Virus record (IMG/VR): IMGVR_UViG_3300028601_000021
Coordinates: 92,030-156,029 of that record
Source: a virus
Taxonomy: Duplodnaviria > Caudoviricetes
Direction: 5' to 3' (one strand)
Length of the DNA stretch: 64,000 nucleotides
Under the pieces are notes generated by a model that worked only from the letters and a program-made list of their open reading frames with translations, searched no databases and had not been told where the DNA came from. Position 1 is the first letter of the stretch. Every line of letters begins with the position of its first letter. Both the position numbers and the translations under genes were made by a program. This document shows positions 39,272 to 49,448 of this stretch, piece after piece.

Positions 39272-41806
39272 TTACCTACATTTAGAAGATAAGATGATAT
39301 CGTTACTCACTGTACCGCTTTCACTCATCAATATCTTCCTCTGTAAAGCATCCTTGCCCATGAGCTCAAAGATACGATGTACATCTCCGATACTGGTGAT
39401 TCTGTACAATGTACGAGTACCAGGATCTGCGATAGTCTTTCTCATATCTTCTGGATGCATTTCACCTAGACCTTTATATCGGTCGATACGAATCGTATTA
39501 TTCTTATCCAGATTACACATAGCCTGATAAATATGCATCAAAGTGCATGGGAACATTTTCATGTTATCACAGAGCTTAGTGGTCATCATCGGATAGAACT
39601 CTCTCCACTTAATGGGAATCAGTAGAGGCAACAAATGCTTTTGAATGACTTCACCTAACTGAGCCAATGAGATCGGGATATCCTCTTCACCTACACTGAG
39701 TACCAACATATTCATACTCGGATGATGGACTATTTTCACATACTCACTTTCATCCGCAGGAGTGAACAATTCTCTCAACTTATCGATCTGGACATGTGGT
39801 AGTAAGTAATCGATACCGTACGTCAATCTCTCTAAGACTAGAGGTGGTATGTTCAGTACATTAGAGATATTGTCAAACATCTCACCGATTTGGATAACCA
39901 GATAACAAAAGTCTCTATAAGCATCTCCTTCTAATTTAAAAGGAGTCTTATGCGCCACACTAGTGATATGAAAATCCATAGTGTTCTTATAGATGAAGTT
40001 GATACGAGCATCGTACAAAGCTACCTTATCCCGTAGATACATCTTACGATTCTTGAAGTTCATTACGAAGAGTGGAGGTGTGGCCAAATAGACCATACCA
40101 CTTTCCAGGATCTTAGGATTCAATACATACAAATTACCCAAGTACAGCGATACGATATGTTCGCCATCGGCATCGGCATCTGTAGTGATAATGATCTTAC
40201 CGAAATTACTCTCACTCATATCCTGAGTATTAGGTGTGATACCCATAATCTTGATAAGGTCACTAAAGATATCGTTATCCTTCAGTTTCTGAAAAGCTAC
40301 TCTTCGATCATCTGAGATAGAGATAGCATTCAGTGGTTTACCTCTAGTTTCGATAATAGCCTGGAAGTCACTATTGATCTCTTTCTTGAGATGACCTGCT
40401 GATGTACCTTCTACGATAAACAATTCTGCTTGAGACCTATTGGTAGTTTTACAAGCTGTGTAGTTACCTGGATTCTTGAGTTCAAGTAACAACTTCTTCG
40501 TATCTTTCACCTTCATAGGCTTATTATAGAAGATATTGTATTTGTTCTCCAGATCAGGCATAAACAACTCTACCAATGCTTTGATGTCATCCGTAGGAAT
40601 TTGTTTCAATGCTTTCAGTAGTTCTTTTCCAAAGTACTCTTCGAATACCTTATCTCTAAACGTATCCTTCGTCGTACCACTAAACTGAGCACCACCGTAC
40701 ATGATAGAAAGAGCTACCTGGACTGGTACGGTATAGTTGATCATTAAGAAGAATTTCTTCAACTCCTGATCTTCTATGTACTCAGAGATGAGTCTGTTAA
40801 AGACTCTAGTGAATACAGCCTGAGGTGAGTTGCTCTCGATACGCATGATGATATTGTTGACTAATACCAGCATACCCGTCTTCTTTAAAGACTTAGTCAA
40901 AAGCATCTTACATTTAAAAGATAACCTATCGTCACCTGTACTTTTGGATTTCTCGATACCCTCCTTGGACCAGATAATGGGACCATCCGCACCTAAGTAT
41001 TCCAACAGGTATTCAGTCCTATTGGCGATAGCATCGGTGTCGTAAATTATAGTCGGTGTATAAATCTGATCCAAGTTACGTAAAATCTCTAAAGTCTCAG
41101 GTAATCCGAGGTTTATGTCCCAAATCTTAGTGGGCAGAGGTACATCCACCACACCTACTACGAACCTGATATTCTCAGTAAAGATATCATTTACCCGTAT
41201 GATCTTCACTAAGTCCAAAAAACCAGTCTGTGCAAAGTATTCTATTTCATGGAACTCATAGGTATTACCCTGTGCTTTCCATGACTTAACAGGTTCATAG
41301 AGAATCCATGTACCAGTAAACTGAGGTGTAGGATTTTCTACCAACTTAAGATCTACCATTTCACCATCTACCAGAGACAAGATACCGGCACCTTCTTGAC
41401 GAAGTGTGATAGCTTTGCTCTTAGTGGATAAGGCAGCTTGACATTTAGCACCCAGACCATAAGTACCACCAGAGAAGTCATATGCATCCTGGTTGTATTT
41501 ACCACTGGCCCAAAGCTTAGTCAAACTATCCTGGAACTTACCTAAAGGAAAACCTCTACCATTATCAGCGATCAATAATTGATAAGTCTTTCTCCTACGA
41601 TCTCGAAAGATCAGTATTTGTACGATACCACTGTAAGGTACGTTATTCAATTCATCCCAACTGTTGTCCACTAGCTCTTTAGCTATATGGACTTGACCTG
41701 CATTATCGAGACTACCGATAAATGCAGTAGGACGTACTCTGATAGGCTCCAGTCCATTGAGTACATTGATACTGTCATCATTGTAACTCAGTACCTTTTT
41801 GGTCAT
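39272..41806 (-). CDS. gyrB: Type IIA topoisomerase subunit B (GyrB/ParE-like)
   Basis: GHKL motifs ELVDNS, DNGRG and SGGTYGLG; TOPRIM motifs VEGTSA, RGKPLN and TDADADG; RYKGLGEM. Confidence 0.9.
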   Translation of the reverse strand: MTKKVLSYNDDSINVLNGLEPIRVRPTAFIGSLDNAGQVHIAKELVDNSWDELNNVPYSGIVQILIFRDRRRKTYQLLIADNGRGFPLGKFQDSLTKLWASGKYNQDAYDFSGGTYGLGAKCQAALSTKSKAITLRQEGAGILSLVDGEMVDLKLVENPTPQFTGTWILYEPVKSWKAQGNTYEFHEIEYFAQTGFLDLVKIIRVNDIFTENIRFVVGVVDVPLPTKIWDINLGLPETLEILRNLDQIYTPTIIYDTDAIANRTEYLLEYLGADGPIIWSKEGIEKSKSTGDDRLSFKCKMLLTKSLKKTGMLVLVNNIIMRIESNSPQAVFTRVFNRLISEYIEDQELKKFFLMINYTVPVQVALSIMYGGAQFSGTTKDTFRDKVFEEYFGKELLKALKQIPTDDIKALVELFMPDLENKYNIFYNKPMKVKDTKKLLLELKNPGNYTACKTTNRSQAELFIVEGTSAGHLKKEINSDFQAIIETRGKPLNAISISDDRRVAFQKLKDNDIFSDLIKIMGITPNTQDMSESNFGKIIITTDADADGEHIVSLYLGNLYVLNPKILESGMVYLATPPLFVMNFKNRKMYLRDKVALYDARINFIYKNTMDFHITSVAHKTPFKLEGDAYRDFCYLVIQIGEMFDNISNVLNIPPLVLERLTYGIDYLLPHVQIDKLRELFTPADESEYVKIVHHPSMNMLVLSVGEEDIPISLAQLGEVIQKHLLPLLIPIKWREFYPMMTTKLCDNMKMFPCTLMHIYQAMCNLDKNNTIRIDRYKGLGEMHPEDMRKTIADPGTRTLYRITSIGDVHRIFELMGKDALQRKILMSESGTVSNDIILSSKCR

Positions 41807-41901
41807 AGTCTCTCCTCTTTTGGTGGGGTAAATGGAGTAAAATTTTACTACAAATTATGTTTTACAAAGGTTAAAAGTTATATCTATATCGACATCAAAT
41901 T

Positions 41902-41912
41902 AGTAATATATA
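41902..41912 (-). promoter_or_regulatory. Early-promoter-like motif TATATATTACT
   Basis: Upstream of the gyrB-like gene. Confidence 0.65.
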
Positions 41913-42033
41913 CGTATCCCTATAATGAGATAAAAGTATACACACTATATGTTATAGGGACACCGTACGGAACTCCGTACTTATTCGATATAAGAGCTAT
42001 ATGCCTTAACATATTTAAAAGAGGTAAATCCAC

Positions 42034-42591
42034 ATGTATGAGCCAGATGGTAAGTATACCCCTGCTATACTGCCAGAAGTGGCAGCTATATGTAGTAGTC
42101 TAGAGGACGATATCTTACAAGTAGATGCCGTATTTAACCATACACGCACTATACGTCAGAGAGTAATCGAACGTATAGAAACTGCAGTCATGATGATGGA
42201 AATAGATCCAGATAGAGATGACGCAGAAACTTTTTCCTCTAAGATGAGAGCAGTAGAAGCACTTAGTGGTTTACTGAATGATCAGGAAAAGAACGTAATC
42301 AATAGAGCTAATATTAAGCTCAAGAAGAAAGATAGTGACCAGGCTCATGCCTTAGGTATCAACGTAGTGGAACTCATACATCAGGTGCACAACATGCCTA
42401 ATAGTGAAAACTTTGGTAACAGATTTAAGATCTCTGAACAAGAAAGAGATCAGTTGATTGACAGAGCATTCGATGCCGGTGGTACCGTCATCATCGAAGA
42501 AGAACTAGTGGAGTCTAATGACGTCTCCGAATTATCCGATGTCTTGGCTGTAGAAATGAATACCGCTGTATCGCACGATCAAGAATTATAA
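42034..42591 (+). CDS. Hypothetical helical protein
   Basis: 185 aa, SD GAGGT, acidic C-terminus. Confidence 0.6.
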   Translation: MYEPDGKYTPAILPEVAAICSSLEDDILQVDAVFNHTRTIRQRVIERIETAVMMMEIDPDRDDAETFSSKMRAVEALSGLLNDQEKNVINRANIKLKKKDSDQAHALGINVVELIHQVHNMPNSENFGNRFKISEQERDQLIDRAFDAGGTVIIEEELVESNDVSELSDVLAVEMNTAVSHDQEL

Positions 42592-42611
42592 GGTATCTAA
42601 GAAGGATACCG

Positions 42612-42654
42612 CTATACTACCACAGTACCCATTATAGGTACTGTGGTAGTATAG
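42612..42654. repeat. Palindrome; 31-bp core identical to 50024..50054
   Basis: taccacagtacccattataggtactgtggta at 42618..42648. Confidence 0.8.
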
Positions 42655-42662
42655 TTATATAC

Positions 42663-43349
42663 TTATTTCTGGAACTTAGAAGTCACATAGTTGACGATAG
42701 CATCGGACTTAAATACGGAACGTACCTGTTCCATATTGGGATGACTACCCTTCTTACGATTAGGATTGGTGTAATCGTAGAACAGACGATAGAAGATAGA
42801 GATCTTCATGTGTTCATCACGATTGTAGTTCTGCAGACCCTGGAGCGCCATTTCTTCAGACAGGACTTTCTTACGAGTTTCCTTATCAGCGAAGAAAGCT
42901 ACGATCTGTTCCAATACTGCATCTTCAGGATGCTTAATAGCGTACATACAGATCTGTCTAAAAGCTTCAATAGTCTGACGACGCTTAGCTTCAGTATTAA
43001 GATACCCATCGTTAATAGTAAGGTAACGAGTGATGTAGTCCCGGATGTACATGGAAGCTGTGGATTCATTCTTTTCTTTATTCCCATCGATAGGAGCAGT
43101 GAGAGTGACAGCCTTCTTAGGAGAAGGAATTACCGTAGACTTGGCAGCGGGCTTAGGGGCTTCTACCTTAGGAGTAACAGCAGGAGTGGATACATCTTCT
43201 ACTTCTACCTTAACTTCTTCTTTGGCAGCAGCAGGAGCTTCTTCTACCTTTACTTCGGTCTTTTCGGGAGTAGAAACGATAGTAGCTGTTTCCTTCTCCA
43301 TGAGTTCTTTAGCGACATCAGAGATCGCAGTGGTCTTCGTATCAGCCAT
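42663..43349 (-). CDS. Hypothetical protein with disordered A/E/K/P-rich N-terminus
   Basis: 228 aa, SD AGGAG, biased codon usage. Confidence 0.6.
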   Translation of the reverse strand: MADTKTTAISDVAKELMEKETATIVSTPEKTEVKVEEAPAAAKEEVKVEVEDVSTPAVTPKVEAPKPAAKSTVIPSPKKAVTLTAPIDGNKEKNESTASMYIRDYITRYLTINDGYLNTEAKRRQTIEAFRQICMYAIKHPEDAVLEQIVAFFADKETRKKVLSEEMALQGLQNYNRDEHMKISIFYRLFYDYTNPNRKKGSHPNMEQVRSVFKSDAIVNYVTSKFQK

Positions 43350-43382
43350 GTTAATTACTCCTATGAAATGTATTCCAGGTAT

Positions 43383-45143
43383 TTACATCGGGATGATGTA
43401 GTCGTTTATATCTTTTACCGTAGTAGAGGAGATACCAGAGAAATGCATAGACTTCATAGAGATAGAAGTAAACTTACTACCTATCATGACGCCTAGGATA
43501 CCGATAGCTTCAGTATCTAATTGACTGAAGTATTCTCCTGCACAAGTATAACATAACCCACCAATGGTGTTACAATACATAGGGGACCTGAGGGTAACGG
43601 TCTTACCTACGTATTTACTCAAATTCTCCTTAGTCAACATATCGTATCTACCTGGACTTACTACGACATATCTACCTAGGTATTCTTTACCATTCTTTTC
43701 TGTAAGTTCTAAGGTAATACCCTTATTGCTATTACAGTTCTTATCGGTAATACGGACAGCGTTCAATACTCGTAAGATGAGCTCTGTCTGCTCACCACCC
43801 TTAGCAGTACCCTTACCACGGTCGTAACTACCACGTCTGATTTCATTAGCAATAGTGGGTAAGTGTTTGATATCCCATCCGTCAGCTAAACTACCAGGGG
43901 TAGTGACGTATTGAGTAGCACCACCACTGAAAGCTAATGAGATACCCATAGTGAGATACATCTTTTTACGATGCTCGTTATAAGACTTCTTAGCGGATAC
44001 AGCATAGAACCTTTCGGAACTATCGCCCTTAATCCAAGCTTTATCCATAGCGATGAGTTCTTGTTCTATCTTGGTATACACGATAGGATCGTTCAGCTCA
44101 TCTTTATGGAGTTCTAGTAATTCAGCTCTACGCTTAGCTACTCTAGGATCGGTGGATAAGGCTTTCCTAGATAGTCCAGGTACACCGATAGCTGTCATGT
44201 GACCTAAGAAATATCCCAACTGCATATACTTATCGTATTCTTTACGACCACACACACCGTTGAGGATAAGATTAGCCACGATATCATCTATTTTCCCTGT
44301 AGTGAAATCACTACTACCGGGTTTACTATTGACATAAGGTACTTTATCCCCAAAGGCACCGACCAAAACTAATCTATTGGCTAGGAACAGACCACAGGTA
44401 GTGATAATTTGTTCTTTATCTTTATAGTTCTCAATGACACCAGCAGATAAAGGAAACTTATCAAATAGATGAAAAGGAGCAGTATCGCCATCCCCTAACT
44501 TCACCAATATAAGAGTGGCAGGAGATCTATCATTATTAACATCAGATGCAGCTAAATGAAAGCTACCATAGATATCATAGTCCTTACTAGGGGATACTGC
44601 AGGACTGACCTCAGTAGTCTTTTCTAAGTACAGTACATTGAAAGGACGATCCTTTATATCTGATCCTAATGTACCTTCGAATACCACATCATTCGATACT
44701 TGATTTATATTCCTATAGTTACGTACTTCCTGTACGGTATAAGACATATCCCAAGGAGTAGTGACTACTTGACCTACTTTAAATAGAGCTCTATCGTTAC
44801 CTATAGCAGGATAATAGAACTTATCATATTTAGAAAGCACACTAGCTGTATCTTTGGGTATAGCTAATTTGGTCATCTTAGCTTTATCTGGATTAGTCTT
44901 AGCCACAAAGAACATAAAGCTATCCACATAATCCATGAGATCATAAAGATGTTCAGCTTCGATCTTAATGACATCTTTACCCAATACATGATCGGGTAAG
45001 GTCAATAAGGGTTTAGATGTGACAGTGAATAGATCCAGTAATACCGTCTTTCTATCAAATTTATGTTGATTATCTAGAAAGAAGAGTATCTTAGGATCTA
45101 AGTCCTTTTTATCGATAGGTATCGATGTATATTTTATCGACAT
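43383..45143 (-). CDS. Virion RNA polymerase beta-prime middle fragment (phiKZ gp80-like)
   Basis: Bridge-helix-like RRGSYDRGKGTAKGG; Zn site LRSPMYC..GLCYTCAG; trigger-loop-like SMKSMH. Confidence 0.85.
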   Translation of the reverse strand: MSIKYTSIPIDKKDLDPKILFFLDNQHKFDRKTVLLDLFTVTSKPLLTLPDHVLGKDVIKIEAEHLYDLMDYVDSFMFFVAKTNPDKAKMTKLAIPKDTASVLSKYDKFYYPAIGNDRALFKVGQVVTTPWDMSYTVQEVRNYRNINQVSNDVVFEGTLGSDIKDRPFNVLYLEKTTEVSPAVSPSKDYDIYGSFHLAASDVNNDRSPATLILVKLGDGDTAPFHLFDKFPLSAGVIENYKDKEQIITTCGLFLANRLVLVGAFGDKVPYVNSKPGSSDFTTGKIDDIVANLILNGVCGRKEYDKYMQLGYFLGHMTAIGVPGLSRKALSTDPRVAKRRAELLELHKDELNDPIVYTKIEQELIAMDKAWIKGDSSERFYAVSAKKSYNEHRKKMYLTMGISLAFSGGATQYVTTPGSLADGWDIKHLPTIANEIRRGSYDRGKGTAKGGEQTELILRVLNAVRITDKNCNSNKGITLELTEKNGKEYLGRYVVVSPGRYDMLTKENLSKYVGKTVTLRSPMYCNTIGGLCYTCAGEYFSQLDTEAIGILGVMIGSKFTSISMKSMHFSGISSTTVKDINDYIIPM

Positions 45144-45157
45144 AGATATCCCTAGGT

Positions 45158-46231
45158 TTAAAAGGTACTACAGATATGACCGACCATCATAGCCATAGTA
45201 GCTTTTTCGGTATCAGTAAAATAGTTACTGGATTCTACCATTTCATTTACTTTAGATTTGAGGTCTCTATCGTCAAATGGAGGGTCGTAGTGGTGTGCTA
45301 CTAGCATGGCTAAATCTTCATCCCTCGGCCTGATATTTTCCCTATTTAACCAGTATTCAATGTGGTGTTTTACTCTCTTGTGATGAGCATCCATATATCG
45401 CACACCGAGAGATTTCACCACATCAGGTAATTCATTCTCTGTATCAAATAAAGCATAGAACTTGACTTGATCGACAGAGATCTTATCTAAATCATAATTA
45501 TCCACATGGTATTTCATGTACTTACCATCTAGGTGTACCATTTTCTGGTAAATACGATCCATAGCTACACTAAAGTTATCTCTACCTTTAGCGATCTTAT
45601 CGATATACACCATGACGTTATCGATATCAGTGATATTAGTAGCAGGTGAATCACTATCTTCCAGTACAGCTTTAAGATGATCTAAAAAGGAGTCATTGGA
45701 ATGACACCTATCTGCCATATTAACCACTCTATCTATCTCTACTGGTACTTGACTGTAATTATGAATCAATTCTATCACTACGGTCAGTAGATCTTCGTCT
45801 TCTTCAGCAGATACGGCAGATTCGATATGTCTACGTAGTTCTTCATTGCTTTTAAACAACTTACCTAGATATTCGCCATCGAAGACTTTTCTGAAATAAA
45901 AGATATATTTCATACTATATAAGTCTTCAAATAGATTATCGTCTTCTAAGAAGATACCCAATTGAGCTAATTCTTGTACAGCTAAGGCATAACAATCTGT
46001 CAATATCAACTTGTAAGTATAATCATCTGGACCATAATTTGACAAGTATACTTGATTTACTATATAGTCTTCTGTGGCTGGAGATACACTACGTAAATCC
46101 AATATTTCTTGTATGTGTTCTTGTTCTTCTACTTCTCTTGCTAACATAAGTCTATCCTTTATATAAATGTATGGGACTATAAGATTGACGCTCATCTGTA
46201 CAGTAATAAAAGGAGTAGTTAAAATACTCAT
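45158..46231 (-). CDS. Hypothetical protein
   Basis: 357 aa acidic ORF co-oriented with the RNAP gene. Confidence 0.6.
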   Translation of the reverse strand: MSILTTPFITVQMSVNLIVPYIYIKDRLMLAREVEEQEHIQEILDLRSVSPATEDYIVNQVYLSNYGPDDYTYKLILTDCYALAVQELAQLGIFLEDDNLFEDLYSMKYIFYFRKVFDGEYLGKLFKSNEELRRHIESAVSAEEDEDLLTVVIELIHNYSQVPVEIDRVVNMADRCHSNDSFLDHLKAVLEDSDSPATNITDIDNVMVYIDKIAKGRDNFSVAMDRIYQKMVHLDGKYMKYHVDNYDLDKISVDQVKFYALFDTENELPDVVKSLGVRYMDAHHKRVKHHIEYWLNRENIRPRDEDLAMLVAHHYDPPFDDRDLKSKVNEMVESSNYFTDTEKATMAMMVGHICSTF

Positions 46232-46245
46232 AAGAGGTATTTACC

Positions 46246-46671
46246 GTGGAAACCCCGCCAGTACAAGTAGATAAAATAAACATGATCAAATTAATACTGT
46301 ATCTAGGTATAGTGTCTTTGATAGGTGCGGTAATAGGCGTCACTCTGATCTATGTAATCAAATCACAGAAACCGGTAGTGGTAGTAGTAGAGTCATCCAC
46401 TAATGAATCAGCAGAAAGATATCTCAATCCTATAGATAGAGATCCTGTGAGAGGTATTCGTTATAAGGTACCATCGGAAGAAGACACAATAAAGGTATAC
46501 ACTGGTGAGGAAGAAGATAGTCCTATAGATGGTTTCATACGTAAAAGGAAAAGACCAGCCACTATAGTGAAATGTGATTGTGGTAAGTACAATTGTGATG
46601 GTATATGTAGACCGGATTGTAATTGCACTGGGAGTAAAGGTAAGTTATATGAAAAATACCCAAGACACTGA
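46246..46671 (+). CDS. Hypothetical membrane protein with Cys-rich C-terminus
   Basis: N-terminal TM helix; CDCGKYNCDGICRPDCNC. Confidence 0.55.
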   Translation: METPPVQVDKINMIKLILYLGIVSLIGAVIGVTLIYVIKSQKPVVVVVESSTNESAERYLNPIDRDPVRGIRYKVPSEEDTIKVYTGEEEDSPIDGFIRKRKRPATIVKCDCGKYNCDGICRPDCNCTGSKGKLYEKYPRH

Positions 46672-47071
46672 CACTACATCCAATCTAAAGAAATTTATAT
46701 CGTGGGTAATTCTATTATCTATTTTGGGTGTACTCATCGGTATATTCATTGTCAATAAGGTATTTCCATATAAACTAATCAATAGTAATCAATTTTATGA
46801 GTTGGTGATAATCGATTCTGGATTTGCTGATTTTTTCCACAGTATATTCCCTATTCCGGTAGAGAATAAAGTCAGATTTAAGAAAGTAGAGGATACCCAT
46901 GATCCATTGGAAGAAGACGATGAACTTCCGTTTCTACCGATAAAACATATAGGTATTTTGAGTAAGCACAAGTCGGAGTATTATTCTCGTAATATCGAAT
47001 ATGGCGGGTGGTACAAATCTGGAATAAAAGACAATAGTCCATTTAGACAAATAGATGACGATGACGAATAA
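46649..47071 (+). CDS. Hypothetical membrane protein
   Basis: Start re-assigned to ATG 46649; one TM helix. Confidence 0.5.
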   Translation: MKNTQDTDTTSNLKKFISWVILLSILGVLIGIFIVNKVFPYKLINSNQFYELVIIDSGFADFFHSIFPIPVENKVRFKKVEDTHDPLEEDDELPFLPIKHIGILSKHKSEYYSRNIEYGGWYKSGIKDNSPFRQIDDDDE

Positions 47072-47091
47072 ACCATATAAAGGAGTTTTCC

Positions 47092-47940
47092 ATGTCAGGA
47101 GTAGTTCCAGGTAGAGCTAATAAATTTAATGTAGTCGAAGGTATCTATCCTCAGGTATCAGATACCAAGGCAGGGTGGTTATCTAAACCTTATGTAATTC
47201 CAATCGCTAACGTATTCTTGATTGAAAAAGATACAGGTAAGGTCAAACTTTCCAATGGTATCCATGCATATCAGGAATTACCGTATTTGATCGATGCTAA
47301 TATCACCGATAGCCAGAGATTATTGTTGGAAAACTATAATCAGGCCAATGGTGTCCTCGTACTCGATCACGAAGGTAGAATCAATGAAGGGTTCTTACCT
47401 AGGTTATTCCGTGGTGCTATCAAGACAGTCAGTACCTATGCGGAGATGGTTCAGCGCGGTGAAGATCCCACCGACGGCGAAGTGTTTAAGAATGGTGCAG
47501 TCATCGTCATTGATGCGTCTGGTGATCCTTCAGGTCTGGTACAGGAAGGTGGTGCCTACTATGCTTGGTATGATCCAGATGGAGAAGGTGACTTATCTCC
47601 AGGGTGGCATAAGGTCTCTGAATTCAAAGAACCTGATGTTTCTCTCGTAAACTACTTTAAGTATCGCGGTGAAGGTTCTCAATCCATCGGAGCTATTTTC
47701 GATGACGTAGATACCACCGGTGAGGCACCTGACAAATATTTAAAGTTCAGTTATGCCGAACATTCTAAGTTGGCTTCAGTTGAATTCGGTGCTGATGTAA
47801 CCGATTACGATAACGTTCAGGCCGCTGGAGCTATCATGTACAATCACGCTATTATTTCCAAAGAACTAAACGCCGCTGGTCTGGAAGAATTATTGTTACG
47901 AAATATCGAACAAATTCCACCAGAAGAAGTACCTGTATAA
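47092..47940 (+). CDS. Tail-associated protein with Mtd/hyaluronidase N-terminal-like motif
   Basis: IEKDTGKVKLSNGIHAYQELPY resembles the ExDTgkxKxGdG..w..LpY motif; ANGVLVLDHEGRI; SD AAGGAG. Confidence 0.5.
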   Translation: MSGVVPGRANKFNVVEGIYPQVSDTKAGWLSKPYVIPIANVFLIEKDTGKVKLSNGIHAYQELPYLIDANITDSQRLLLENYNQANGVLVLDHEGRINEGFLPRLFRGAIKTVSTYAEMVQRGEDPTDGEVFKNGAVIVIDASGDPSGLVQEGGAYYAWYDPDGEGDLSPGWHKVSEFKEPDVSLVNYFKYRGEGSQSIGAIFDDVDTTGEAPDKYLKFSYAEHSKLASVEFGADVTDYDNVQAAGAIMYNHAIISKELNAAGLEELLLRNIEQIPPEEVPV

Positions 47941-47948
47941 TGTATCGA

Positions 47949-47988
47949 TACACACCACAGTATCCATCAACGGATACTGTGGTGTGTA
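47949..47988 (+). terminator. Palindrome followed by T-rich tract
   Basis: tacacaccacagtatcc...ggatactgtggtgtgta. Confidence 0.7.
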
Positions 47989-48065
47989 CCTTATTTCTCT
48001 TCTTTACTTACCTATTTTATAGGGTTAGGTAGGATTAATTGTAAAATAAAGGGAGTGATAAATAT

Positions 48066-48686
48066 ATGGTACCGATAGTGGCTTCGATATTAGCATCCGT
48101 GGGTGGTTTGCTTGTAGAAAAGGGATTATCTTTTATTAAAGATTTGTTTAGTGGAATGACCGATCACGGTGCTATTTTAGCTAAAGAATTCATTAAAGAG
48201 AAGACTGGAGTGGATGTCACTTCCAAAGAACAGTTGACAGCATTGACCACTGAAGATACGGATAGGTTGAAACAGACTGTTCTTGACAACATGGATACTC
48301 TCATGGATCTCAAGATCAGATATAGGCAACAGGATTTAAATAATGTCATTTCTGCTAGGGAAATGAACATGCAAATGGCTGAACATGGGGTTAGAGGATT
48401 TATGTCCTTTACCAATTTCATAGCACTGATACTTATCCTGTTTATGGTGACTTTTTTCCCATGTATGGTATTTTTGACCATACCAGAAGACAATGTCCGA
48501 TTTGCAGATACCATACTGGGTTTTATGTTGGGTAGTGTAGTTGGTGTAGTGGTTAACTTCTATTTTGGTAGTAGTATGACTACACAAGAAATAGCAGGGA
48601 AATCCACAAGAGCCAATAGTAGAGCGACCGATCGCACGCTAGGTGACACCCACCCCAATGTAATCAAGAAAAGTTTTATTAAATAA
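48066..48686 (+). CDS. Putative holin (3TM-type)
   Basis: Hydrophobic N-terminus, SAREM motif, and two TM helices ending VVNFYFGSS. Confidence 0.55.
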   Translation: MVPIVASILASVGGLLVEKGLSFIKDLFSGMTDHGAILAKEFIKEKTGVDVTSKEQLTALTTEDTDRLKQTVLDNMDTLMDLKIRYRQQDLNNVISAREMNMQMAEHGVRGFMSFTNFIALILILFMVTFFPCMVFLTIPEDNVRFADTILGFMLGSVVGVVVNFYFGSSMTTQEIAGKSTRANSRATDRTLGDTHPNVIKKSFIK

Positions 48687-48726
48687 ACATTTATGTATGT
48701 ATTACATATAAGTAGAGGGTAGTATC

Positions 48727-49377
48727 GTGCCAGGTACAGAGTACAATCCGACAAGAGCAGGGGATGGTTGCCCTGCGACAAATGACGGATTCAATTGTAA
48801 ATTATCGCATTCGTTGCATGTACGAATAAGTACCTTAGAGACTACTGTCAGAAATGCCATAGGTACTTATAATCCATTAATTCCTTTATCCGATAGAATA
48901 CGTGAGAATATATCCATGGTGGCTGAGATGGCGCACCACAGTAAACATCATGTCAATTCTCTATTGGGTAGAGTACAAAAACTAGAAGATAACAATAATC
49001 AACTTAGTATTAATTTTTCTACTATACGACAGCATGTGGTGTCGGCTAGTAAGAATCATAAGTTTCAAAGTGAAACTGTAAATAAGTTGGTAGCAGAACA
49101 TCAAGAGATAATGAAATCTCTACAGAATGAAGAAGTATGTCGTAAACTTTCTTCTGCTGATCTGGAGAATGTCAAGAAAGATCGAGATGAGTTATACGAT
49201 AAACAGGAAGAATTGGAAAAGGAATTACGTGAAGTGTCTACTAAGTTTGCTATAGAGTCTTCTACTAGAGCAGCTCAAGAAGCTACTACACGTCGTATAT
49301 TCGCGGTAGCTGGTGCTATTGTTACGTTTATCTGTACTATTATTTCCGTAGTAGTTCCTTTTTTGGTCAAGGGATAA
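48727..49377 (+). CDS. Coiled-coil protein with C-terminal TM anchor
   Basis: Heptad region then IFAVAGAIVTFICTIISVVV. Confidence 0.55.
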   Translation: MPGTEYNPTRAGDGCPATNDGFNCKLSHSLHVRISTLETTVRNAIGTYNPLIPLSDRIRENISMVAEMAHHSKHHVNSLLGRVQKLEDNNNQLSINFSTIRQHVVSASKNHKFQSETVNKLVAEHQEIMKSLQNEEVCRKLSSADLENVKKDRDELYDKQEELEKELREVSTKFAIESSTRAAQEATTRRIFAVAGAIVTFICTIISVVVPFLVKG

Positions 49378-49382
49378 ATATC

Positions 49383-49426
49383 TACTAAATATACCCATTC
49401 TGTAACAAGAGTGGGTATATTTAGTA
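49383..49426. terminator. Intergenic palindrome
   Basis: tactaaatatacccattct...agagtgggtatatttagta. Confidence 0.6.
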
Positions 49427-49448
49427 TATTACATATATAGGTATTTAT

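Noticed and set aside
42034-42591. Small terminase assignment
   Set aside because: Size and helical character fit, but there is no diagnostic motif or linkage to terL; left as hypothetical.
42741-43496. 251-aa + strand ORF and similar antisense ORFs (27489..28124, 62953..63588)
   Set aside because: They lie opposite well-supported, codon-biased minus-strand genes and are shadow frames.
44590-45000. Intein in the RNAP subunit
   Set aside because: No N-terminal Cys/Ser block, no His-Asn terminus and no endonuclease motifs.
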